NCBI GenBank assembly: GCA_951406725.2
Contig: OX597842.1
Span: 30,938,001 to 31,002,000, forward strand
Direction: 5' to 3'
Source of the DNA: Octopus vulgaris
Taxonomy: Eukaryota
DNA: 64,000 bases
Part shown: positions 41,469 to 54,937 of the stretch, piece by piece
How the letters are laid out: every line of letters starts with the position of its first letter
Numbering within the stretch: position 1 is the first letter of the stretch
Notes under the pieces: generated by a model
What the model saw: only the letters and a program-made list of their open reading frames with translations
What the model was told of the DNA's origin: nothing
The model's database searches: none
Position numbers and translations under genes: made by a program

Positions 41469-41875
41469 GCAGGAGTGGCTGTGTGGTAAATAGCTTGTTT
41501 ACCAACCACATGGTTCCGGGTTCAGTCCCACTGCGTGGCACCTTGGGCAAGTGTCTTCTACTATAGCCCCGGGCCGACCAAAGCCTTGTGAGTGGATCTG
41601 GTAGACGGAAACTGAAAGAAGCCTGTCGTATATATGTATATATATATGCGTGTGTGTGTTTGTGTGTCTGTGTTTGTCCCCCTAGCATTGCTTGACAACC
41701 GATGCTGGTGTGTTTATGTCCCTGTTACTTAGTGGTTCGGCAAAAGAGACCGATAGAATAAGTACTGGGCTTCCAAAAAAGAATAAGTCCCGGGGTCGAG
41801 TTGCTCGATTAAAGGCGGTGCTCCAGCATGGCCGCAGTCAAATGACTGAAACAAGTAAAAGAGTAAAAGAGAGTA
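41467..41875 (+). mobile_element. S1 SINE, full length (extra head at 40980-41135)
   Basis: All modules present. Confidence 0.9.
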
Positions 41876-42649
41876 TAATAGATGTAGGCATTATTACCAA
41901 ATGTATTCTGGATGAGGCAAGAAATTAGACTTACATCATTGTTACCTGTTTGGTTAAAATACAAATTCTGTAATCGGTTTGTTAAATTTTGTACCTAATA
42001 AAGGAGAACTAGTGTTTTATTAGGTTTGACGTGTGTGGAAACGTTATCGTTCAATTTCCGAACTCCTGCTGGGGGTTTGCTATTAATTTAGAAGAGAACA
42101 AAGAATTTTTCACAAAATTACCAACATCAGAAATTAATTCCATTTTGCATGCAAGAAAATCAATTTTCTAATACGATTATATTCTGCTGTTTTATATTTT
42201 TTAAAAATATATTTTTCGCCATTATTTTTTTTACCATAAAAAATGTCCAACTTTGGTGATTTTTCAGGCTCTAATTTCCGATTTACTCTTGGAACTTGCG
42301 TATCAAATTAAGGTTTTCTTCTTCCTTCTTTACTGGGTTTTTTTTTTTTTTTTTTTTTTCCAGAAATGCATATAGAAATTATTCCGGCAAAATATTGCGT
42401 ATGAAACATGTATGTTTATAAAAGAGGAATTAGAATGTTACAATGTGACAGCAAGGGGTAGGCATGGCTTTGTGGTTAACACATTCGATTCCAAACCACA
42501 AGGTTCTGAGTTCAGTCCCACTTCACAGCACCTTAGGCAAGTGGTTTCTATTATAGCCATGGATCAATAAAATCCCTGTGAGTGGATTTGTTAGACAGAA
42601 ACACAAAGAAGCTCTTCATATATATATCAATATCAAGATATATATATAT

Positions 42650-42870
42650 ATACTTTATTTAAAAGCAGCAGAAAATTCAACAAAACCTGTTACTCTGAGT
42701 TTCACGTTCCCGTTCGTCGGGAAAAACTATCCGATGAACAGGAACGTGAAACTCAGAGTAACAGGTTTTGTTGAATTTTCTGCTGCTTAAAATAAAGCAT
42801 ATTACTCTACCACTGGTATTTGAGTACTCTTTTTTCCACCTTGTTTCACATTTATGTGTTTACTCCGGTA
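42650..42870. mobile_element. PLE-like terminus fold-back with CCGA(C/T)GA hammerhead in both arms
   Basis: Arms 42653-42720 and 42731-42797. Confidence 0.62.
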
Positions 42871-43305
42871 TATATATATAGATTAGAAATGAAAACAAAA
42901 AGATAAAATTTAATAATTAAATGATAAATTCAATTCAATTTTATTACTACTATACAAACAAATGAGAAATCTAGTTATATTACATACACACACACACACA
43001 TATATCATCTTGATCATCATCATCATCATCATTTAACGTCCATTGTCCATGCAGACCCTGTTCAAAGATGTTGGGTGGCAGCCTGATGTGACCTTCACTG
43101 GGGACATACCGAAGGACCATTACAATTTAAGGGAACTTGGTTTCATGATATGTGGGACATCAGAAAGATTGTAGGCAAACCACCTGTTGTTCTGGGTGTT
43201 TTGCAACTGGTCCTGGCTGAAATTCTTTGCCTTGGGAAAGAACCAGATCATCTTTGGTTCAACAAAATGCCTCAGCTTCTTCGTCTTTGTCAAACCATTC
43301 TCCTT

Positions 43306-43907
43306 GGTGCTAAGTCTTTTTGTCTGACGTCACTTCGTCAAACATCTTTTGCTCTGTCTTTCTGTCGGATGATTTTTTTTGGTCCAACGACTTTTTGTCC
43401 AATTTTAAATAAACTCTTTAGAAAACAACTGAAATATTTCTAGTGATATATTCCAAAAAAATAAATGTTCCTTCTCGAGCCATGCCAGGCTCATAAGGGC
43501 CAGTTTCCCGGTTTCAGTGGCAGAGAAATTGGACGGGATGCCGGTCCGTCTCTGAATTACTCATTTTTGCCAGCTGAGTGGAATGGAGCAACATGAAACG
43601 AAGTGTTTTGCTCAAGAACACAACGCATTGCCCGGTCCAGGAATTGAAACTACAACCATATGATCATGAGTTCGACACCCTAACCACTAAGCCACGCACC
43701 TCCACAGTATTTTACTTGAATCCTATCAATAAAATTCTCAATATTTATTTTTGATTTTGAGGTTCACCTTATTTTCTAAAGAGTTTATTTAAAATTGGAC
43801 AAAAAGTCGTTGGACAAGACAAACCGTCAGTCAAAAAGACGTCGGACCAAAAGACATGGATGAAGTGACATTAGACAAAGTGACGTTGGATGAAAAGTCG
43901 TGTCAGG
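43306..43907. mobile_element. MULE/Foldback-like MITE with TIRs built from ~15-bp repeats
   Basis: 9-bp TSD ATTCTCCTT (43297-43305 and 43908-43916); perfect ~44-bp inner inverted repeat 43382-43425 / 43772-43815. Confidence 0.75.
43470..43705 (-). mobile_element. tRNA-derived SINE family S3
   Basis: A box TGGCTTAGTGG, B box GTTTCAATTCC, then GTTCTTGAGCAAAACACTT...CCACTCAGCTGGCAAAAATGAGT. Confidence 0.75.
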
Positions 43908-44093
43908 ATTCTCCTTATCTTGGCTGTCAGAATTTATCCCTTGCACCCCTTGTATGAGTGTTAGCAAGGTCCTCATTCAAGATAAGCATCAAGGTGGTGA
44001 CTCCAACGGCCATCACGCGTGGCAAAGCTCAGATTCCTTTGCTCAAACCTTCCATCACTTTGTTCAGAAATTGTTGGTAATCATAATTCATCA

Positions 44094-44602
44094 TCAGTTT
44101 CCGTCCACCAAATCCACTTACAAGGCTTTGGTCGACCTGAGGCTGTAGTAGAAGACACTTGCCCAAGGTGCCACGCAGTGGAACTGAACCCAGAACCGTG
44201 TGGTCCGCAAGCAACCTACTTACCACACAGCCACTCCTACACCTATATATACATATATACGACAGGCTTCTTTCAGTTTCCATCCACCAAATCCACTCAC
44301 AAGGCTTTGGTCGACCTGAGGCTGTAGTAGAAGACACTTGCCCAAGGTGCCCGCAGTGGAACTGAACCCAGAACCATGTGGTTGGTTAGCAAGCTACTTA
44401 CCACACAGCCACTCCTACACCTATATATACATATATACGACAGGCTTCTTTCAGTTTCCTTCTACCAAATCCACTCACTAGGCTTTGGTCGGCCCAAGGC
44501 TATAGTAGAAGATACTTGCCCAAGATGCCACGCAGTGGGACTGAACCCGGAACCATGTGGTTGGTTAGCAAGCTACTTACCACACAGCCACTCCTACACC
44601 TA
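44094..44602 (-). mobile_element. Tandem trimer of S1 head modules (period ~179 bp)
   Basis: Three heads joined by identical CTATATATACATATATAC spacers. Confidence 0.88.
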
Positions 44603-45403
44603 TAAACAACAAAAAGTACAAGTATATCGAAATAACATTTTTTCTTAATACTTTTTATCGAAGGAAATTCTAATTTTCCTTAGGAGTGGTTGACATGATG
44701 CAGAGGCTGGGAGTCTATTTCAGTTCAGGAATGAATCATCACCACATGTGACTTAGTCTCAAAACTCTGGCATGTAGGTGCAGCCCAAACACCTTCTGTG
44801 TCCTTTCCTGCTGACCACAGCCTCATAGTCTCTGTTACAGCTGACCACATCACATCTTTCTGCCTCAGAGAACATTCACAGAGAACTCAGCAGCCACCAT
44901 GATGTTGGGATTTTTGATTCTTGGCAAGAATCATCAAATAACATGCAAATTCTTTCTTTTTGCAATCTTCCGATGGCTTCCAGTCCCCCATGTCAGCGAA
45001 CTTGTTCTCAATTAAAACTTTTGTAGTGGTGGTGGTGGTGGTGGTGATGGTCGTGGTGGTGACAAAGCAGGTGATGAAGATGAAGATGGAGATGGAGATG
45101 GGGGTGTGGTGGTGGTATTCTTATTATTGAGGGAGGTCGTGGTGTTGGCGGTGATGGTGCCTGCTCTGCTCAGCGATCCATGGTTAAAAAGAAATTTCAA
45201 GATAAACAAGAAATATACATACATGCAGACACACATAAATACACAAACATATATATATATATATATATATACATGTCTATATATATATATATATATATGT
45301 GTGTCTATATATATATATATATACATGTCTATATATATATATATGTATATGTGTATATATATATATATATATACACACACACATATACATATATATAGAC
45401 ATG

Positions 45404-45531
<128 letters not shown>

Positions 45532-46704
45532 GTGTGTGTATATATATATATATATATACACACACACAAATAATTGCGTGTGTGCATGTATATTTGCATA
45601 CGTATGTATGTATGGATGGATGTGTGAGTTCTTATAATCATTAGACTTTGAAGATAGAAATTGAAAAACATACCAACACCATCAATACTTCTACTACAAC
45701 AAACACACCACACACACACACGTGCATACATATACGAATGTATGTGTATATTATATACATATATATACACATATATATACTGTGTGTGTCTAATGTGCAC
45801 TTATGATTGTATGGATGTAAGCTTGTGTATGTATATTTATATGCACAAGTGTTGTCCCTTTCTCTACACACACACATACACACACATACACACACATACC
45901 AAAACACACATACACACATATACATACCTGTATGCTCATATAGATATATACACTTATGGATGTGTATTGCTAGATATATTTTCATACAAGTATATACAAG
46001 TACATATATACATATATACATATATGTGTGTACGTGTGTGTGTGTGTGTATGCAGTTATATAACTATGTATATCGATAAATGTGTGTGTTTATAGATATA
46101 TGTGTGTGTATGTGTGCATATGTGTTTGTATATATATATATATATGTATATACATATATATATATATACATATATACACATATAGACACACACACACACA
46201 CACATATATATATGTGTAAATTCTTAGATATACACACACACACACACTCACACACATATATATATATATATACAAACACATATGCATACACACATATATA
46301 TATATGTATATATATATACACACATATATATATATGTATATATATATACACATATATATATATATGTATATATATATATATGTATATATATATGTATATA
46401 TATATGTATATATATATGTGTATGTATGTATATATATGTTTGTGTGTATACTTATATACACACACTCACAGAGGTATATCTGTGTATATAGTGGTATCTG
46501 TGTATATAGAAGGAATGTGAGATGTGACTATGTATTTGTTTGTTTTGACAGTTGTTGTTGTTGTTGTTGTTGTTGAAGATAAGTCTTATTAAATATTGTT
46601 CTTTCATATTTAAACCCCGTCGCTTATTGCAGCGTAATTGATGTTGGTTCAGGGATGGGGGTCCCCTCTCTCTCTGTGGAAGTGCGAGTGTATATATGTG
46701 TGTG

Positions 46705-46790
<86 letters not shown>

Positions 46791-47199
46791 GTTCATGTAT
46801 GTATGTACATGTATGTATGTATATATATATATATATATGTGTGTATATTATGTATATATATGTGTGTATATATATGTACATGTATGTATGTACATGTATG
46901 TATACATATATATATATATATATATATATATTATGTATATATATATGTGTATATATATATATATGTATATGTATATATATTATATATATATATGCTATAT
47001 GTATATCTATGTATATATACATGTGTGTATAATAAACAATTGCTATTATATTTGAATGTATGCATGTATGTATATATATATATATACATACACAGCCACG
47101 TGTGTCGGTGATCATCATATATATGTGTATATGCGTAAATATACATACATGTATATGTATATATGTGTATATATATGTATGTATATGTATGTATTTATA

Positions 47200-47255
<56 letters not shown>

Positions 47256-47362
47256 CATGTGGGTGTTTGTGAATATAATTGTGAGGTGTTTATATTTATG
47301 AGTGGTTGTGTATACATATGTAACTACTATAAATGTATTATTCATTTGCACATACATGCATG

Positions 47363-47393
<31 letters not shown>

Positions 47394-47938
47394 GTGGGCG
47401 TATATATGCATGTATACATACATATACATATATAGATAGAGAGAGAGAGAGATAATGATAGACAAATAGATGTATACACACACATATATATAGATAGATA
47501 TATAGACAAATCAAAAAGAATATACATATATATACATACATGTGTGTATGTGTGAGTGTATATATTTCATATGGCTAAATTTTACATGTGGGAGAGTTAT
47601 CGAAAGACCAAGAGAGAGCAGAGCTGGAAGGAGAGCAAGAGGTGGTGGTCGGGAGAGAAGGATTAGAGGTATTCGTATATACACGCCTGATTAAACACAC
47701 TTGAATCGCACACAGAGAAAGAACTTTATAGTACCAAAATTATTTATCTTCATATATACCCATATATATGCCTGTGTATATATGTAATTAGGCACATATT
47801 ACATATAAAACAGCTAGGTATATATATATATATATACACACACGCACCGGCACATCTTCACAAATATATATTGAAATATCAATGCTTACTTATATAAGTA
47901 TGTATGTATATACATATATACACACAATATATATATAT

Positions 47939-48347
47939 AGGCATAGGAGTGGCTGTGTGGTAAGTAGCTTGCTTACCAACCACATGGTTCTGGGTTCAGT
48001 CCCACTGCGTGGCATCTTGGGCAAGTGTCTTCTACTATAGCCCCGGGCCGACCAATGCCTTGTGAGTGGATTTGGTAGACGGAAACTGAAAGAAGCCTGT
48101 CGTATATTATATATATATATGTGTATGTGTGTATGTGTTTGTGTGTCTGTGTTTGTCCCCCTAGCATTGCTTGACAACAGATGCTGGTGTGTTTACGTCC
48201 CCGTCACTTAGCGGTTCGGCAAAAGAGACCGATAGAATAAGTACTGGGCTTACAAAGTATAAGTCCTGGGGTCGATTTGCTCGACTAAAGGCGGTGCTCC
48301 AGCATGGCCGCAGTCAAATGACTGAAACAAGTAAAAGAGTAAAAGAT
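47939..48347 (+). mobile_element. S1 SINE, full length
   Basis: All modules present. Confidence 0.9.
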
Positions 48348-48355
48348 TATATATA

Positions 48356-48390
<35 letters not shown>

Positions 48391-48911
48391 ATGTGTGTGT
48401 GTATATATAGATAGATATATATACATACTTTTGTGTACTAATGTATATACAAACAAATGTAGTCAAACAGATTTATACTAACACACCATTCGTGTGTTTA
48501 CGTGTGTATGTAGATATGTATGTATGCATCTATTTATGTTTGTGTGTATTATTGTATGTATGCATGTATGTATGTATGTGTATGTGTGTATGTATGTATG
48601 TATGTATGTATATATGTATGTAAGTATGTATGTATGTATGCATGTATGTATGTATGCATGTATGTATGTCTGTGTGTGTATGTATGTGTATGTATGTATG
48701 TGTATGCGTGTGTATAGATGTAGATCAAGTATACTAACTTTAAAATTTTTTAGTTGCCTAGAAATTATGTTAAAAAACTTCCGTTCAAACCAAAAAGATC
48801 CCAATCTTATGTTAACTTTCAAGTCTTTTTCAATTATCTCCCTTTAGGCTGTAAATATTTTGAATGGGGAAGTTGTTAACTTTGGCCTGTATTGGATAAG
48901 GATAAACTATT

Positions 48912-49050
48912 TGCATCTTTGTATCTCTTCTCTGCATCACCACATAACCGAGAGCCTGCATTTAGCTCACCAAAGATCTGTTTAGGGAGTTTGGAGTCAG
49001 ACATACCCACTAAAGGTCCCTTCCATTGTAGCTGCAATTTTCTTAGGAAA
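48912..49050 (-). mobile_element. Old RTE (BovB-like) C-terminal fragment
   Basis: LQWKGPLVGMSDSKLPKQIFGELNAGSRLCGDAEKRYKD. Confidence 0.65.
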
Positions 49051-49077
49051 GCATAGAAACTTGTCATATATTTTTTG

Positions 49078-49924
49078 TATGTCATTATTCAGTTTTATTT
49101 CAAGATTTCTTGCCAATACAGAAAGAACTGGTTTCTAACCTAGATCCGTGGCTCCTCCATTGGAATTTTAATATCAACAACACGGTACTTTTGTCCGTGC
49201 CGGTGGCACGTTAAAAGCACCAACCGATCGTGGCCGCTGCCAGACTCCTCTGGCGCCTCTGCGGGTGACACGTAAAAAGCACCCACTATGCTCGCGGAAT
49301 AATAATAATAATAATAATAATAATTGTGTACAGTGCTCAGGTGCACTACAACTCATCTAAAGTGTATGTATAATCAGGTGTAGTTTCGGCGGATTTCAGA
49401 AAGCATGAGGGCCTTAAAGGATGCAGTGTCATGGTTGGTGTTAGGAAGGGCATCCAGCTGTAGAAACTCTGCCAGATCAAGATTGGAGCCTGGTGCAGCC
49501 CCTGGCTTCCCAGACCCCGGTCGAACCGTCCAACCCGTGCTAGCGCGGAAAACGGACGTTAAATAATGATGATGATGATGATGTATATGTGCAGATGTGT
49601 ATGCTTTGCTTTATGTATGTATACTCATGCATATAGCTACATATCTAGACATGCTCATATATATTTAAATGATAAACTTCTGGAAAGTTTTACAGACTTT
49701 TACAGTTCCACTGATGGATTGGATCTGTAGTCTTCGAATCAACTTTTTCCTTTCTGGTTTCAAGAAGTCTAATTTCCCAAGATTGGTATTTAGGTTGTGT
49801 GTTACATATCCACAGGGCCCAAATAATTACAGGTATAAACCTGAACTTGCAATTTGGATTGAATAACTGCAGATTTCTCAATAGTTCAGCAAAGGTGTTC
49901 TCTTTTCATTGATTTTCAGCTTTT
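49078..49924 (-). mobile_element. R4/Dong-like RLE element 3' end with nested R1 (49186-49583) and CR1 (49298-49431)
   Basis: KINEK, ELLRNLQLFNPNCKFRFIPVII, ERKKLIRRLQIQSISGTVKVCKTFQKFII* across frameshifts. Confidence 0.78.
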
Positions 49925-50685
49925 GTGTGTGTGTGTGTGTGTGTGTAAGTATGTGTATGTATGTGCATGTATATGTGTATGTATGTATTTGTGTGTCTGT
50001 ATGTATGTATGTATGTATGCATGTGTATATGTATGTATGTGTGTATGTATGTATGTGCATATGATGTATGTATGTATGTATGTATGCATGTGTGTATGTA
50101 TGTGTGTATGTATGTATGTATGTATGTATTTATGTGTGTGTGTATGTATGTATGTATGTATGTATGTATGTATGTGTATGTATGTATGTATGTATGTGTG
50201 TATGTATGTATGTATGTATGTATGTATGTATGTATTATGTATGTATGTATGTATGTATGAGTGTATGTATGTGTGTATGTATGTATGTGTGTATGTATGT
50301 ATGTATGTATGTATGTATTATGTATGTATGTATGTATGTATGTGTGTATGTATGTGTGTACGTGTGTATGTATGTATGTATATGTGTATGTATGTATGTG
50401 TGTATGTATGTGTGTATGTATGTATGTATGTATGTATGCATGTGTGTATGTATGTGTATGTGTGTGTGTGTGTGTATATATGTATGTATGTATGTATGTG
50501 TGTATGTATGTATGTATTTATGTGTGTATGTATGTATGTATGTATGTGTGTATGTATGTATGTGTGTATGTATGTATGTATGTATGTATGTATGTGTGTA
50601 TGTATGTATGAATGTATGTATGTATGTATGCATGTGTGTATGTATGTGTGTATGTATGTATGTGTGTGTGTATGTGTGTATGCAA
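49925..50685. repeat. (TATG)n/(TG)n array
   Basis: Direct reading. Confidence 0.95.
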
Positions 50686-50896
50686 TCTGTGCAAGGTGGT
50701 GCCCCAGCTTGGCCGTAGTCCAATGACTGGAACAAATATGAAAGAACTAAAAGGGAAACTTCAGAAACTCATCTTGTCTAAACTTGAATCACAAAAGAGC
50801 AACGGAGGAGAGTAACCTGTGTGTGTAGACATATATATGCATGTATGTATAAAGATATATATTTATATAAATATGTATGTATGTATGTATATATAT

Positions 50897-50990
<94 letters not shown>

Positions 50991-50998
50991 TATATATT

Positions 50999-51031
<33 letters not shown>

Positions 51032-51170
51032 TCTTTATGTATACATGTATATATATATATACGCACACATACACACATATATATACATAGATAGATAGAT
51101 AGATAGATAGGTAGACAGATAGATATAGATATATATCTTAATGTATACATGTATATATATATAAATATAT

Positions 51171-51217
<47 letters not shown>

Positions 51218-51797
51218 GAATATATGAATATACATATATATATATATGTGTGTGTGTGTAGCAAGATGGAGAGGGTGTATAATTTGAAAACTGACGTCCA
51301 AGAAAACAAAGAAGAAGAAAGGGTGAAGGCGGGAGAAGGTGGGAGTTGATGACAAGGATATTCAAAGCTAAAAATAGACAAAGGAACTGAATCTAGAAGA
51401 ATCTATCACCGACTGATCAATAGCCGATGTCAAGAGATCAGAACAGATCAATAGCGAACAGTGCAGACCCCCATAAACCTGTAAGTTCAAACCGAAAAGG
51501 AAATAAAAAGACCTCCACTCTTTATAAGCTGACAATAAACTCAGTTTTAAACGGTTGCAATGGAAATGCGTCAACAACCTGGTCGGGTTTGTGTGACGGA
51601 ATATTTTGACGCCTCAACACATAAACGACGAGTTTAATTTCATCGGCTTTCGTCAGTTTCTGAGTATCTTTTTTATCATCATCGTTCATCATCATCATCA
51701 TCGTTGTTTAACGTCTGCTTTCCATGCTGGCATGGGTTGGACGATTTTGGCCGAGGGCTGGCGAGCCAGATGTCTGCACCAGGCTCCAATCTGATCT

Positions 51798-51832
<35 letters not shown>

Positions 51833-51836
<4 letters not shown>

Positions 51837-52180
51837 CTCTACTCTTTTACTTGTTTCAGTCATTTGACTGCGGCCATGCTGGAGCACCGCCTTTAGTCGA
51901 GCAAATCGACCCCGGGACTTATTCTTTTGTAAGCCCAGTACTTATTCTATCGGTCTCTTTTGCCGAACCGCTAAGTGACGGGGACATAAACACACCAGCA
52001 TCGGTTGTCAAGCGGTGTCTGGGGGGACAAACACACACACACACTTATATATATATACATATATACGACAGGCTTCTTTCAGTTTCCATCTACCAAATCC
52101 ACTCACAAGGCATTGGTCGGCCCGGGGCTATAGCAGAAGACACTTGCCCAAGATGCCATGCAGTGGGACTGAACCCGGTG
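51833..52180 (-). mobile_element. 5'-truncated S1 SINE (R1 3' end adjacent at 51686-51800)
   Basis: Family match. Confidence 0.88.
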
Positions 52181-52845
52181 TAAGTGTATTGTGTTTGTAT
52201 GTATGTGTGTGTGTTTGCGTTTGTTTGTGCATGTGTGTGTGTGTTTTTGTGTATATGTATAAGTGTATGTGTGTTTGTTTTTGTATGTATGTGTGTGTGT
52301 CTGTGTTTGTGTATCTGTGTGTAAGCGTGTGTCTGTGCGTGTGTGCACATGTGTGTGTATGGAGACACACACACATACTCACTCATGCCAGCAACCTAGA
52401 GGAAAGCCTGCACAACAATTGAGAATTGCACTCGAAAGGGCAACACAGGAAATCTCAAGCACCTTGCTATCAGCTCCCGAACATATTGCAAACAGGACGC
52501 AGAGGAAGGGGACCAACTGCAACCCCTCGTGCCTCTGCACTTGCAATTAAGGACCAACTTAGGCACGAATGTGGTGGGGGTGGCATAGAATGAGTAATTA
52601 TGCATTTTTATATGCATGTTGAATGGCCTGGCATCAATGTGCAGCTGAATGTCGTCCTGGATTCTGAATGAAGGGGACCGAGTTGGTTGGGTAGGGGGCT
52701 TTTCATTCTAAGCTGCTTTCAATTATCAGTTCTAGAAATAGCAGTCAAAACCACTATAAAGTTGTTTTGGTTTGAGGAGATATATGTGGTGATAGTGGCT
52801 TTATAGCAGTTTTGGCTGCTATTTCTAGGACTACATTATCTAATG

Positions 52846-53064
52846 CAGTGCTTTTCAAACTTTTTGCTGGAGCGGGACCCCAAGGAAACATTCCCCGGGC
52901 TCGAGGAACCCCTGTGCAATAATTTAATAGTCTTATGCACACATATCTGCACAGGAGAATTAAGAATTACTGTCGATTTTAGCAGTTTTGTAACTTCTTG
53001 CAGAACCCCTGGACTGTACTGGCGGAACCCTAAGGTTCCGCGGAACACTGGTTGAAAACCACTG
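52846..53064. mobile_element. hAT (Charlie-like) MITE, 219 bp
   Basis: TIR CAGTGCTTTTCAAAC / GGTTGAAAACCACTG; 8-bp TSD ATCTAATG/GTCTAATG. Confidence 0.82.
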
Positions 53065-53569
53065 GTCTAATGTATAGTACAGGAGTTAGTATTAGTGGCT
53101 ATAGTTGTTTAGCCCAAGGCCAGTCCTGACCCTAATAGACCTATGTTCAAAGATGTTCCAGTTGTGACCATCCTATCTTTTATTCAGGCATAGTGTATCT
53201 AGGACTACATTATCTAATGTATAGTACAGGAGTTAGTATTGGTGGCTATAGGTGTTGTTGTTGTTTAGCCCTAGGTCAGGCGGACTTATAAGCAAAGATG
53301 TTCAAATAGTCCTCCCTCCGGGGGAAACCCTATTGGAAAGTGGAACCTTCCAAACAGATTAACATATGATCTGAGGGAAGATGTGGCTGCTGTTTCTACC
53401 AGATCTAGATACCATGTGGGCGCCAGAGTTAACAGTGGGGTTAGGGGTGGGTGGTGGTGGTGGTGGTGGTGGTTAAATGTTAAGTGCATGGTGTGGTGTT
53501 CAATTTCCAAAGTAGGTATGTAAGAGCTGTTATCTCTAGCCGAACATTAGAACCACTTAAGGAGGTCGA

Positions 53570-54160
53570 TGTGGTGGCGGAGGAGGGTGTCAGTGGAGGC
53601 AGCAGTGCTAGTGGTGGTGGTGGTGGTAGTGGAGGTGGAGGTGGAGGTGGTCGTTGTTGTGGTGGTGGTGGTGGAGGAGGTGGTCGTTGTTGTGGTGGTA
53701 GTGGTGGAAGTGGTGGTGGTGGTGGTGGTAGTGGTGGTGGTGGTAGTGGTGGTGGTGGTGGTAGTGGTGGTGGTGGTGGAGGAGGTGGTCGTTGTTGTGG
53801 TGGTAGTGGTAGAAGTGGTGGTGGTGATGGTGGTGTTGGTGGTGGTGGTGGTGAAGTTGGTGGAGGTTGTTGTGGTCGTGGTTGTAGTGGTGGTGCAGGT
53901 GGAGGTAGTGTTGCTGTTGTTGATAGTGGTGGTGTAAGTTTTAGTTGAGAAGGCGGTCATTGTTGTGGTGGTAGTGTTGGAAGTGGTGGTGGTGGTGGTA
54001 GTGGTGGTGGTTGTAGTAACAGTAGTGGTTGCCCTAGTGGTGGGTGCATGTCTGTACATTTTGGTTTTGGCAGTGGTGGTCATAGCACAGTAGGTGCAAA
54101 GTTTCACCTTGGTTGGTGATGGTGGTGGTATAGTGTTGCAGTGGTGGTTGTAGTGGTGTA
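53570..54160. repeat. (GGT)n-rich array
   Basis: Direct reading. Confidence 0.95.
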
Positions 54161-54636
54161 TCATGATAACACCAGTCACAGCTTCCCTATCTCATCAAAC
54201 AAAAAATATAAAAATGTCCCCACCCCAGGGGTGTAACAGAACACATTGAGAAATAACTGCACAAGGGTTTAATGCAGGGGCTTATCAGAAGGAATTGGTT
54301 CTGCCCCTTGGAGGGGGCCGAGATGAGACCAATTATTTTTAGCTTGGTATTTTATCCATCTCTTTGTCAAACCACTCAGTTATGGGGGATGTTAACAAAC
54401 CAATACTGGTGTCAAGTGTTGGTGGTGGTGGTGGTGGTGGGAGGACAAACAGAATGACAGACACACACACATATATATACAATGGGCTTCTTTCAGTTTC
54501 CATATACCAAATCCACTCACAAGGCTTTAGTCAGCCTGAGGTTATAGTAGAAGACAGTTGCCCAAGGTGCCACGCAGTGGGACTGAACCTGGGACCATGT
54601 GGTTGGTAAGCATGCTTCTTAGCACACAGCCATGCC

Positions 54637-54701
<65 letters not shown>

Positions 54702-54709
54702 ATATGATG

Positions 54710-54937
54710 AGGTGAGCTGGCAGAAATGTTAGCACACCAGGCGAAATGTTTACTGGTATTTCGTCTGCCGTTATGTTCTGAGTTCAAATTCCGCTGAGGT
54801 CGACTTTGCCTTTCATCCTTTCGGGGTCGATTAAATAAGTACTAGTTACGCACTGGGGTCGATGTAATCGACTTAATCCGTTTGTCTGTCCTTGTTTGTT
54901 CCCTCTATGTTTAGCCCCTTGTAGGTAGTAAAGAAAT
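54710..54937 (+). mobile_element. S2 SINE, flanked by diverged S1 copies (54345-54637 and 55062-55372)
   Basis: Family match. Confidence 0.85.

Larger units (their letters stand above)
43052..44991 (-). mobile_element. Old maT/DD37D transposase fossil with nested insertions
   Basis: MGDWKPSED; CNRDYEAVVSRKGHRR..PEF; ILNEDL; MIWFFPKAKNFSQDQLQNTQNNRW; SEGHI..NIFEQGL. Confidence 0.7.

Noticed and set aside
41467-41545. SINE heads as tRNA genes
   Set aside because: A and B boxes are present but there is no full cloverleaf, and they continue directly into SINE body sequence
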